Source: Flavobacteriales bacterium
Lineage (GTDB): Bacteria; Bacteroidota; Bacteroidia; Flavobacteriales_F; PHOS-HE28
Direction: 5' to 3'
Assembly: GCA_016718655.1 (NCBI GenBank)
Contig: JADKCV010000001.1
Coordinates: 139,330 to 203,329, forward strand
DNA: 64,000 bases
The notes beneath the pieces are model-generated. The model made no database searches. It was not told where the DNA came from and saw only the letters and a program-made list of their open reading frames with translations. Shown piece by piece: positions 19,413 to 28,513 of the stretch. The first letter of the stretch is position 1. Each line of letters begins with the position of its first letter. A program made the translations under genes and the position numbers.

Positions 19413-20757
19413 GCATCAAGCCTCGCATCGCCATCCACTGGTTCCGCCGCGACCTGCGGGTTGAGGACAACCACGGACTGTTCCGCGCATTGACGGACCA
19501 CGGGAACGTATTGCCCTTTTGTTCATCTTCGACACGGACATCCTGGACAAGCTGCAGGACAAGGCCGATCGACGGGTCGAGTTCATCCATCGGGCGCTCA
19601 CCAGGCTGCAGGTGAAGTTCGTGGAACAGGGATCCTCGCTGCTGGTGGAGCATGGGCGGCCATTGGATGTCTGGAAGTGCCTTCTGGAGCGCTTCGATAT
19701 CACGGCTGTCACCACCAACCACGACCACGAACCTTACGCCAATTCACGGGACAAGGCGATCGAGGACCTGTTGGTCGCTCATGGGGTCCCGTTCCACACC
19801 TACAAGGACATCAGCATCTTCGAACGGGATGAGGTGATGAAGGATGCCGGTGGGCCTTACACGGTGTATACCCCGTACATGCGCAAGTGGAAGGCACTAT
19901 TCACCCCCGAGGCGGCGAAGCCCTTCCCCAGCGGGCATCATTTGGATGGCTTGTGGCGGTCATCGCCCTTGCCTCTTCCCAGTTTGGAGGTTTTGGGCTT
20001 CCTGACCACCGACCTGGGTGAACTGCCCATGATGGTAAGCGCATCGCTTCTGAAACATTACCATGAAACGAGGGACACGCCGTCCATACCAGGTACCAGC
20101 CGGATGAGCCCGCACCTGCGCTTCGGTACGGTGAGCGTGCGCTCACTGGTACGCGAGGCACTGAAGCACAGTGACAAGTACCTGAACGAGCTGATCTGGC
20201 GGGAATTCTACATGCAGATCCTGTGGCATTTCCCCCACCCCGACAAGGCCTTCAAACCCGCCTATGACAACATTGCCTGGCGGCATGATGAGCAGGCGTT
20301 CAAGGCCTGGTGTGAAGGTCGCACAGGATATCCCCTGGTCGATGCCGGGATGCGTGAGTTGAACGCTACAGGCCTGATGCACAATCGTGTGCGCATGGTC
20401 GTGGCCAGCTTCCTGACGAAGCACCTGTTGATCGACTGGCGCTGGGGCGAAGCATGGTTCGCTGCCAAATTGCTGGATTTCGAGTTAAGCAGCAACAATG
20501 GCGGTTGGCAGTGGGCATCGGGGTCCGGGTGCGACGCAGCCCCCTATTTCCGGGTATTCAACCCACACCTGCAGTTGGAGAAGTTCGACCCCGCGTTAAA
20601 ATATGTCAAGATCTGGGTACCGGAGTACGGTTCGGCAAACTATGTGCAGCCCATGGTCGTTCATGAAGTAGCCCGCAAGCGAGCGTTGGAGACCTATAAA
20701 CAGGGCCTCGAAGGTTCACGGGCGATGGAGCAAGGACAAACCAAACTTTTCACATAG
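19410..20757 (+). CDS. phr: deoxyribodipyrimidine photolyase (apparent +1 frameshift near 19518)
   Basis: The N-terminus IAIHWFRRDLRVEDNHGLFRAL..GNVLP sits in one frame from the GTG overlapping the folE stop. The remainder (FIFDTDILDKL...WQWASGSG...FNPHLQ) sits in another frame. The frames join in a T4 run at 19517-19520. Confidence 0.8.
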
Positions 20758-20760
20758 CCA

Positions 20761-20922
20761 TGCCACGCAAAAAGAAAACCCTGATCCTGACCCAGCCTGT
20801 GAAAGAGGGCTTGAAGGCCATTAAGGTCCGTCTGGATGCCCGCACCGTCATCACCCTTGCCAGCCAGAAGGCGTTGGAGTTCTGGCGCCAGCGATACCCG
20901 AAGTTGGAGGTGATCGGTTGAC
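20761..20922 (+). CDS. small basic hypothetical protein (54 aa), copy 1 of a tandem paralog pair
   Basis: MPRKKKTLILTQPVKEGLKAIKVRLDARTVITLASQKALEFWRQRYPKLEVIG; absent from the ORF track because it is under 60 aa. Confidence 0.45.
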
Positions 20923-20941
20923 CCCACTTACCAGCACTGAA

Positions 20942-21103
20942 ATGCCACGCAAGAAACCTGCGCTCATCTTGGAACGGCCGATCAAACCGGGAGTCAAGGA
21001 GATCAAGGTCCGACTGGACTCCCGTACGGTGATCACGGTGTCGAGCAAGAATGCGCTCGAGGCGTGGAAGCTTCGGTACCCGAAGTTGGAGATCATCGGA
21101 TAA
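20942..21103 (+). CDS. small basic hypothetical protein (54 aa), copy 2 of the tandem paralog pair
   Basis: MPRKKPALILERPIKPGVKEIKVRLDSRTVITVSSKNALEAWKLRYPKLEIIG; about 60% identical to copy 1 and 19 nt downstream of it. Confidence 0.45.
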   Translation: MPRKKPALILERPIKPGVKEIKVRLDSRTVITVSSKNALEAWKLRYPKLEIIG

Positions 21104-21112
21104 GAGGGTGAC

Positions 21113-21589
21113 ATGAGCCAGTTCGTCCTCGAGCGGTCCCAATTCCTACCCATTTCTGTGGAGGAAGCGTGGAATTTCTTCAGCAGTCCCCGGAATCTTG
21201 CCGTGATCACACCGCCGGAAATGGGCTTTGTGATCAGGGAGCCGTTCGATAATAAACCGACCTATGCTGGACAGCGGATCACCTACACGGTGAAACCGCT
21301 GTTCGGCGTTCCTCTGACCTGGATCACACTGATCGAACAGGTCGATGCGCCGTTCAAATTCGTTGACACCCAGGTGAAGGGTCCTTACAAAAGGTGGTGG
21401 CACCTGCACACCTTCGAGGCGGTGGAGGGTGGAGTGATGATGCGGGACCGGGTGGAATACGTACTACCTCTTGGCCCATTGGGAGATCTGGCCCATGGTA
21501 TATTTGTCAAGCAAAAATTGAAGGACATTTTCGATTTCCGGTCCGCCACCTTGGAGGCTCACTTCGGCGACCGGCCAAGAACCAAGTGA
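21113..21589 (+). CDS. SRPBCC-superfamily (START/polyketide-cyclase-like) protein
   Basis: About 158 aa; motif WNFFSSPRNLAVITP and overall pattern typical of the COG4276/SRPBCC family. Confidence 0.55.
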   Translation: MSQFVLERSQFLPISVEEAWNFFSSPRNLAVITPPEMGFVIREPFDNKPTYAGQRITYTVKPLFGVPLTWITLIEQVDAPFKFVDTQVKGPYKRWWHLHTFEAVEGGVMMRDRVEYVLPLGPLGDLAHGIFVKQKLKDIFDFRSATLEAHFGDRPRTK

Positions 21590-21611
21590 GCCACGCGACC
21601 GTTGCAGGACA

Positions 21612-22094
21612 ATGAGCATTTGGACCATTTTCGCCATCGTAGCCGGTACAGCGGTATTCATGGAATTCGTTGCATGGGCCACACACAAGTATGTGATGCA
21701 CGGGTTTCTCTGGTCCCTCCATTCAGACCATCACAAAAAGGACCACTACGGCTTTCTGGAACGCAACGATGCCTTCTTCCTGATCTTCGCCATTCCTTCC
21801 ATGATCCTGTTCATTGTAGGCAGCTTGAAAGGGCTGCATACACCGTGGCTATGGATCGGCTTGGGCATCCTTGTGTACGGTATCCTCTACTTCGTGGTGC
21901 ATGAGATCTTCATTCACCAACGCATCAAGTGGCTGAGGAATACCAAGAACGCCTACTTCCTGTCGATCCGCAAGGCGCACAAAGTGCATCACAAACACTT
22001 GGGCAAGGAGGACGGCGAATGTTTCGGTATGCTGGTGGTCCCGTTCAAGTATTACCGCGAAGCCCGGAAGGCCCTGGCCCAGCAGCGATCCTGA
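21612..22094 (+). CDS. crtZ: beta-carotene 3-hydroxylase
   Basis: Four TM helices with histidine boxes HSDHH and HKVHHKH (fatty-acid-hydroxylase superfamily); about 160 aa, typical for CrtZ. Confidence 0.85.
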   Translation: MSIWTIFAIVAGTAVFMEFVAWATHKYVMHGFLWSLHSDHHKKDHYGFLERNDAFFLIFAIPSMILFIVGSLKGLHTPWLWIGLGILVYGILYFVVHEIFIHQRIKWLRNTKNAYFLSIRKAHKVHHKHLGKEDGECFGMLVVPFKYYREARKALAQQRS

Positions 22095-22814
22095 TCAGGG
22101 CCGCTCGGCCGTGTGACAGGCCTCCAGCGTACTGTTGGCCTCTGGAAGGTCCGGGCTGATATACGGAAGGCCAAGGTCCAGTCCACGGAGAATGAACAGC
22201 ACGGCCATGAGCGCATAGGCGACGGGAGCAGCCTTGCGCAACGAAGCGCGGAACGAAGGTCCCACAAAGCTGCTGGTCACTTTCAGGCCCACGAGTGCAG
22301 GCCACGTGCCCAGGCCAAAGAAGACCATGAACAGGGCTCCGAAATGCCATCCGTCCTGTGCAATAGCCCCGGCCAGGGCGAGATAGACCATTCCACATGG
22401 GAGCAGTCCGTTCAAGAGGCCGGAAACGAACAACCCTTCAGGCGACGTCCGCCTTAGCTGACGAGCCATCAACCCCTGCGCCCTGATCACCAGCCGGGCC
22501 GGGCCTTGCGACACATTGACCCAACGCAGCAAACGCGGTGCAAGAAGCCACGCCAGAATGATGACCCCAAGCCCGATGGATACCGTGCGCTGCAGTCCGG
22601 CCAACTGAAGGCCCCGACCGAAGGTCCCGAATGCAGCTCCGAGCAGGGCATACGTGGTTACGCGGCCTGCATTGAGCAACAGGGCACTGGTGACACGCGC
22701 GGCCACAGTATTCCTTGGGGAAGGCACCGCCAACGCGAGCGGTCCGCACATGCCGATGCAGTGAACGCTGCTCAGCAGCCCCAACAACAAGGCCGTGGCA
22801 GCCAGGGTGATCAT
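22095..22814 (-). CDS. TauE/SafE-like membrane protein associated with cbb3 oxidase maturation
   Basis: Polytopic membrane protein with HCIGMCGP and LLPCGMVY motifs; it is the last gene of the cco cluster, as in other Bacteroidota. Start set to the internal Met, giving an ATGA overlap with fixH. Confidence 0.55.
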   Translation of the reverse strand: MITLAATALLLGLLSSVHCIGMCGPLALAVPSPRNTVAARVTSALLLNAGRVTTYALLGAAFGTFGRGLQLAGLQRTVSIGLGVIILAWLLAPRLLRWVNVSQGPARLVIRAQGLMARQLRRTSPEGLFVSGLLNGLLPCGMVYLALAGAIAQDGWHFGALFMVFFGLGTWPALVGLKVTSSFVGPSFRASLRKAAPVAYALMAVLFILRGLDLGLPYISPDLPEANSTLEACHTAERP

Positions 22815-23254
22815 GGCACGTAGATACGATCCTTGCTGAGGTACGCCGTTCCATCGGCGCTCCAATCCAGCTGGACATTGTATGCCCCTTTCAAGCGTTC
22901 ACCCAGCGCCACGCGCATCATCCTATTGGCATCCAGGGTGATGGGCATCCGTTCATCGGCACGTGAATCAGAGGGGCGCTGCAAATAGAGTTCACCGGTA
23001 ATGGTCTTGTCGCGGACATCCATGGGCATCTCGATCACCAGTTCGCTCCCCACCACGGTCATGCGCACCGCTTCGGAAAGAGTGCGGGTCATGTTCAGCT
23101 TGTCGATCTGACCCTGGTACTCGATCTCCTGTTCGTAGTAGTTCTCGGCCACCAGCTCCTCCTGGTTGCTGGCTGCCCGGATCATGAAGGAGGTCATCAG
23201 CAGGATGAAGGCTGTCATGACCAGAAAAATGGCATTACCCCACGTGAATCTCAT
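22811..23254 (-). CDS. FixH/CcoH family protein
   Basis: N-terminal TM followed by periplasmic domain; positioned after ccoG. Confidence 0.75.
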   Translation of the reverse strand: MRFTWGNAIFLVMTAFILLMTSFMIRAASNQEELVAENYYEQEIEYQGQIDKLNMTRTLSEAVRMTVVGSELVIEMPMDVRDKTITGELYLQRPSDSRADERMPITLDANRMMRVALGERLKGAYNVQLDWSADGTAYLSKDRIYVP

Positions 23255-24684
23255 GATGCTGTGCGAATGGGTCCGACGAATGTTGTACTCACTTCCTCGA
23301 TCATTCGATCGCCGGAGAATACGCCGATGGTGAGTTTTGTTTTGGTGCCCCGAAGCTGCTCGTGATCGAGCAGGATGAACAATGATCCTTGGGCGAGTGC
23401 GGCTTTTTCCAAGTGCACTTCCTTCCCCACCAGCTTGATCTCGCCGGGAATTCCGATCAGTTCGAAGCGCAGGGGCATTTCACGCGAGGTCTTGTTCACC
23501 ACCTTGAAGTTATACAGGTTGCTGATACGCCCGTCCTCCTGTTCCTGGAACAACATACCTGGCGTACGCAACACAGTCGCCTCCACATCACTTCGCATCA
23601 CGACAAGTGCGACAATGACACCGACGAGCACGGTGAGTACGGCCGTATAGGCTTTCATCCGGGTGGTGAACTGCCATGGCTTCTTGTCCGAGATCTCATC
23701 CTCACTGGCGAAGCGGATCAACCCTTTGGGCAGATCCACGCTTTCCATCATGTGGTTGCACGCATCAATGCACGCGGTGCAGTTCACGCACTCCAGCTGG
23801 GTTCCGTTGCGGATGTCGATCCCCGTGGGACATACATGCACACAGGCCTTGCAATCAATGCAATCGCCCTTGCTCGCCGCAGACCGGTCCTCGCCCTTGC
23901 GGAACTTGCCACGCTCCTCACCCCTGACGTGATCGTACGCGACCACCAGGCTCTGGCGGTCCAGCAGCACACCTTGCAGCCGGCCGTAGGGACACATGGT
24001 GGTGCAGACCTGTTCACGCAGGAAAGCGAAGACGCCATAGAACAGGAACGAGAATCCAAGCATCGCCAGAAAGCCCCCCAGATGCTCCATCGGTGGGGAG
24101 GTGATGATGTCGATCAGGCGATCGCTACCAATGATGTACGCGAGGAAGGTATTGCCGGTGAGGAACGCCACCCCGAAGAAGAGTGAATGCTTCGCGGTCT
24201 TCTTCCCCAGCTTCTGCGCCGTCCAGGGTGCCTTGTTCAGCGCCTGCTGCTGCTTCCAATCACCCTCGATCCAATACTCGATGCGCCGGTAAACAAGTTC
24301 CATGAAAATGGTCTGCGGACAGACCCAACCACAGAAGAGGCGACCGAAGGCCACCGTGAAGAGTGCGATGAAGATGACGCCCGTGATGAACGCCAGGACG
24401 AACAGGTGGATATCCTGTGGCCAGAAGGTCTGCCCGAAGATCACGAAACGCCGCTCGAGCACATCGATCAGCATCAACGGCTCCCCGCCGATCCGGATAA
24501 AGGGACCAGCGAACAGAGCGACCAAGAGGGTGTAGCCAAGCAACGCCCTCTTGTTGAACCATTTTCCACCGGGTTTCTTGGGGTAGACCCAGACCCGTTT
24601 ACCCTGCTTATCAACAGTGGCGATGGAGTCGCGGAAACTCTCGTCGCGTGGCTTGCCGTTCGTCTGCCCTTCGCTCATCATCAC
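23251..24684 (-). CDS. ccoG: cytochrome c oxidase accessory protein CcoG (4Fe-4S ferredoxin)
   Basis: Cys clusters CGWVCPQ, CTTMCPYGRLQG, CIDCKACVHVCPTGIDIR and CVNCTACIDAC. Confidence 0.9.
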   Translation of the reverse strand: MMMSEGQTNGKPRDESFRDSIATVDKQGKRVWVYPKKPGGKWFNKRALLGYTLLVALFAGPFIRIGGEPLMLIDVLERRFVIFGQTFWPQDIHLFVLAFITGVIFIALFTVAFGRLFCGWVCPQTIFMELVYRRIEYWIEGDWKQQQALNKAPWTAQKLGKKTAKHSLFFGVAFLTGNTFLAYIIGSDRLIDIITSPPMEHLGGFLAMLGFSFLFYGVFAFLREQVCTTMCPYGRLQGVLLDRQSLVVAYDHVRGEERGKFRKGEDRSAASKGDCIDCKACVHVCPTGIDIRNGTQLECVNCTACIDACNHMMESVDLPKGLIRFASEDEISDKKPWQFTTRMKAYTAVLTVLVGVIVALVVMRSDVEATVLRTPGMLFQEQEDGRISNLYNFKVVNKTSREMPLRFELIGIPGEIKLVGKEVHLEKAALAQGSLFILLDHEQLRGTKTKLTIGVFSGDRMIEEVSTTFVGPIRTAS

Positions 24685-25853
24685 TGTGCGACCGCAACGG
24701 TCACACTATCCACAGGTTGGTCAGCTGAGGTGCTATCCACCGGCGCACCACCACCTGTCGGGTTCCAAAGGTCGCCTTGGGGAGCCTTGGCGTTCGCAGG
24801 GTTCGTGCCTTGAAGTGACAGGATGTAGCTGGCCACTTGTTGCATCTCGGTGGGCTTCAGGTCCTTCTTCCAGCTCTGCATACCCTTCTCCACCACACCA
24901 TACTTGATGGTGGTGAACACCTCCTTGACACCACCACCATGGATCCAGTAGGCATCGGTGAGATTCGGCCCCACCGCATTGCCTTCACCGTTCTCACCGT
25001 GACAGGCCTTGCAATAGGTCACGAACGTATTCTTGCCAGCGGCCAGAGCGGACGCATCGGTCATGAGGGTCACGGTGTTCTCGTCCACCCCGGCAGCTGC
25101 CTTGGCGAGATAGGCCTCCACATCGATCTTGGCCTGGGCCATCTCCTGCTCATACTCATCGGCTTGGTGCAACCAAGTGCCGGAAATGTGCACGTTGAAG
25201 ATGTAAACGACCGACCAAATAATGGTACCGTAGAACAGCCATACCCACCAAGGGGGGAGCACATTGTCCAATTCGCGGATGCCGTCGTACTCGTGGTGCA
25301 TCAGGATGTCCTCCTCCTTCTCTACCTCCACGGTGCGGGTGAGTTTGCTGAGGATGGTATCCGCGAAGGAAGGTCCTTCCTCCACCTTCGTAACCTCTTC
25401 GGCCTCCTTGCCACTAAGCGCTTTCACCATGCCACGCACCACCGTCAGCTGGGCTACGATGATCACGAAGAAAATGATGTTGGCACTCATCAGCCAGAAC
25501 AGTAGGGTCTGCGTGGTGATCATGGCCACGCCAGGGGCCGCCGCTCTGGCATCCGTGGTGCCGGCCGCGAACAACAGTACGAGCACCACGGATGCTTTGC
25601 GGCCTTTCACATAGTCCGCCCAGAGCGTTCCCGAAGCACCCAATGTCCGCATGATCCCGGATAGGGTGAGGATGATGATCACCTGCAGCACGGCCATGGC
25701 GAGCAGGATGTAATTGGTCTCCATCGACGGGTTCCCCATGAGTCCGGGAGAGGCGGTAACGGCCGCGGAGTCAGCCTCCTGGGCCATCAACGGCGTTGCC
25801 GAAAGGGAAGCGAGAAGCAGAATTGCGAGGGGAAGGAAGTTCCGTAGACGCAT
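24681..25853 (-). CDS. ccoP: cbb3-type cytochrome c oxidase subunit III (CcoP) with N-terminal membrane extension
   Basis: Haem-c site CKACHG and LPPWWVWLFYGTIIW TM; N-terminal extension typical of Bacteroidota. Confidence 0.8.
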   Translation of the reverse strand: MRLRNFLPLAILLLASLSATPLMAQEADSAAVTASPGLMGNPSMETNYILLAMAVLQVIIILTLSGIMRTLGASGTLWADYVKGRKASVVLVLLFAAGTTDARAAAPGVAMITTQTLLFWLMSANIIFFVIIVAQLTVVRGMVKALSGKEAEEVTKVEEGPSFADTILSKLTRTVEVEKEEDILMHHEYDGIRELDNVLPPWWVWLFYGTIIWSVVYIFNVHISGTWLHQADEYEQEMAQAKIDVEAYLAKAAAGVDENTVTLMTDASALAAGKNTFVTYCKACHGENGEGNAVGPNLTDAYWIHGGGVKEVFTTIKYGVVEKGMQSWKKDLKPTEMQQVASYILSLQGTNPANAKAPQGDLWNPTGGGAPVDSTSADQPVDSVTVAVAQ

Positions 25854-25871
25854 GATGGTTCGGATGTGCGT

Positions 25872-26051
25872 TCAGGCTTGTTCGTTATCGGAGAACGGAA
25901 GCTGCTCCATGTGCTGCAGGCGGCTGCGGTCCGTGGTCAGGATGTACCAGGAGGCCACGATGAAGATCCCCATGAAGAGCACGAAGGCTGCGACCGGATA
26001 GATGCCGATGTCGTTGATCGACGTCATGTGGTGCTTGATGAACTTCAGCAT
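25872..26051 (-). CDS. ccoQ: cbb3 oxidase small subunit CcoQ/FixQ-like (59 aa)
   Basis: Translated by hand: MLKFIKHHMTSINDIGIYPVAAFVLFMGIFIVASWYILTTDRSRLQHMEQLPFSDNEQA. Single TM, located between ccoNO and ccoP; not in the ORF track because it is under 60 aa. Confidence 0.55.
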   Translation of the reverse strand: MLKFIKHHMTSINDIGIYPVAAFVLFMGIFIVASWYILTTDRSRLQHMEQLPFSDNEQA

Positions 26052-26060
26052 GGCCGTTGC

Positions 26061-28239
26061 TTATTGGGCCTGTACCACCTGTGTGGCCGGCTTTTGCTTG
26101 ATATCCGTACCAAGGCGCTGCAGGTAGGCAATGAGCGCAATGATGTCCGCATCGGGGTTGGCATCGATACCATCCTTCTTGAGGCTGGCCACCACTTTGG
26201 CTGCCTGTGCCTCGAGGTCGGCCACCGCCTGTTGATCGTACCCTTCAGGATAAGGCACGCCCAAGCCCTGCATGGCACGGATCTTCGCCGGGATCATCTC
26301 CTTGTCGATCAGGTTCTCGTACATGTGGCTATACGGAGGCATGAGCGAACCAGCATTCATGCTCGTGGGATCGAACATGTGGTAATAGTGCCAGCTGTCC
26401 GGATACTTGCCACCCACACGGTGCAGATCGGGACCAGTGCGTTTGCTGCCCCACTGGAAGGGATGGTCGTAGATGAATTCGCCAGCCTTGCTGTACTCGC
26501 CATAGCGCTCGGTCTCACTCCGGAAGGGACGCACCATCTGGGAGTGGCAGGTGTAGCAGCCTTCCATCACGTAGATATCACGTCCGTGCAACTCCAAAGG
26601 TGTGTAGGGCTTCACCTCAGTGATGGTCGGCACATTGCTCTTGATGAGGAAGGTGGGAACGATCTCGATGATGCCACCTGCCGCCACCAGCACGAGGCTG
26701 AGCACCAACATCTGGATGGGGCGGCGCTCGATCCAACGGTGCCAGTGCCCGCTGCTCTCACCCACGTAGTTCTTCTCCAGCGCTGGAGCTTCGGCGTCCT
26801 CGTTGGCGATGAGCTTGCCGCTGGCAATGGTCTTCCATACGTTGTACACCATGATGCATGCTCCGGTGAGGAAGAGCAGACCGCCGAGGCTGCGCATCCA
26901 GTAGGCATACTTGATCTGCAGCACCGTGTCCAGGAAGTTCTTGTACACGAGGTAGCCGTCCGGGGTGAACTGCTTCCACATCAGGCTCTGCGTGAAGCCA
27001 GCGAAATAGAGCGGAATGGCGTAGAACACGATGCCCAATGTGCCGATCCAGAAGTGGGCGTTGGCGAGGCTCTTGCTGTAAAGCTTGGTGCCCCACATGC
27101 GTGGCACCAGCCAATAGATCATACCGAAGGTGAGGAAGCCGTTCCAGCCCAGGCCACCGACGTGCACGTGGGCGATGGTCCAATCCGTGAAGTGGCTGAT
27201 GCTGTTGAGGAACTTGGTGCTCAACAAGGGTCCTTCGAGCGTGGACATACCATACGCCGTGATGGCTACGACCATGAACTTCAGCACGGGCTCTTCGCGG
27301 ACACGGTCCCAGGCACCACGGAGGGTGAGCAGGCCGTTCAACATACCGCCCCAACTGGGTGCGATGAGCATGATGCTGAACACCGTACCCAAGCTCTGTG
27401 CCCAGTCAGGCAGCGAGCTGTACAGCAGGTGGTGAGGACCGGCCCAGATATAGATGAAGATCAGCGCCCAGAAGTGTATGATGGAAAGCTTGTAGCTGTA
27501 CACCGGGCGGTTGGCCGCCTTCGGCATGAAGTAGTACATCAGGCCCAGGTAGGGCGTCGTGAGGAAGAAGGCCACCGCATTGTGACCATACCACCACTGC
27601 ACCAAGGCATCCTGTACACCGGCATACCAACTGTAACTCTTGAACAGGCTCACGGGCATTGCCATGGAGTTCACAATGTGCAGCATGGCCACGGTGACCC
27701 AAGTGGCGATGTAGAACCAGATGGCCACATACAGGTGGCGCTCGCGACGCTTCAGGATGGTGCCGAACATGTTGATGCCGAACACGACCCATCAAGGTGA
27801 TGGCGATATCGATCGGCCATTCCAGTTCAGCATACTCCTTGCTGGTGGTGATCCCTAACGGCAGGGTCACCGCAGCAGCCACGATGATCAACTGCCAACC
27901 CCAGAAATGGAGCCAGCTCAAACCATCGTTGAACATGCGGGCCTTCAGCAGGCGTTGCAGGCTGTAATAGATCCCTGCGAACATGCCGTTGCCCACGAAG
28001 GCGAAGATGATCGCATTGGTGTGCAGCGGGCGCAACCGTCCGAAGGTGAGCCACTCCTGTTCGTTCATCCAAGTGAACGGGCGCACCAGCCAGTAATACC
28101 AAGCATCAGGGGTGGTACCCTGTGCGACCAGCTCCACGGCCACGATCAGGCCTACAAGCATGCCTACGATGCCAAAAACGATCGTGGCCATCAGGAAGGC
28201 CTTGACGATCTTGTTGTCGTATTGGAAGCGTTCGATCAT
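26061..28239 (-). CDS. ccoN: cbb3-type cytochrome c oxidase fused subunits I+II (CcoNO), apparent frameshift near 27790
   Basis: The N-terminal 148 aa (MIERFQYDNKIVKAFLMATIVFGIV...EWPIDIAITL) lie in one frame. The remainder (VVFGINMFGTILKRRERHLYVAIWF...HVHVGGLGW... haem-c CYTCHSQ of CcoO) lies in another. The frames join around 27785-27800. Confidence 0.85.
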
Positions 28240-28243
28240 CGCG

Positions 28244-28429
28244 TCAAGCGTTGGGGTTCGTGGTGGTGGTTGTGGTCGAGTTCACCGCAGGTTTGGCATC
28301 GCCCAGGATGCGCACAGCGGGAGAGCGGTCGTCATCGAATTGGCCACTGCGCACCGCCCAGGTGAACGCGGCCAGGAAAAGCACGGCGACCACCGTGCTG
28401 GCTGCGATCAAGAGGAAGATGACATTCAT
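28244..28429 (-). CDS. ccoS: cbb3 oxidase maturation protein CcoS/FixS
   Basis: MNVIFLLIAASTVVAVLFLAAFTWAVRSGQFDD is a classic CcoS sequence. Confidence 0.8.
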   Translation of the reverse strand: MNVIFLLIAASTVVAVLFLAAFTWAVRSGQFDDDRSPAVRILGDAKPAVNSTTTTTTNPNA

Positions 28430-28513
28430 GTGACGTTCGACTTGGTGGCCCAAAAGTGAATGAAGCTTTGCTAGGTGTTCATGACCCTGATCATGCAGGG
28501 ATCATGACATTCG

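Noticed and set aside
25866-27800. 644-aa plus-strand ORF antisense to ccoNO/ccoQ
   Set aside because: Antisense artefact rich in His/Gly/Val; the minus strand encodes the oxidase.
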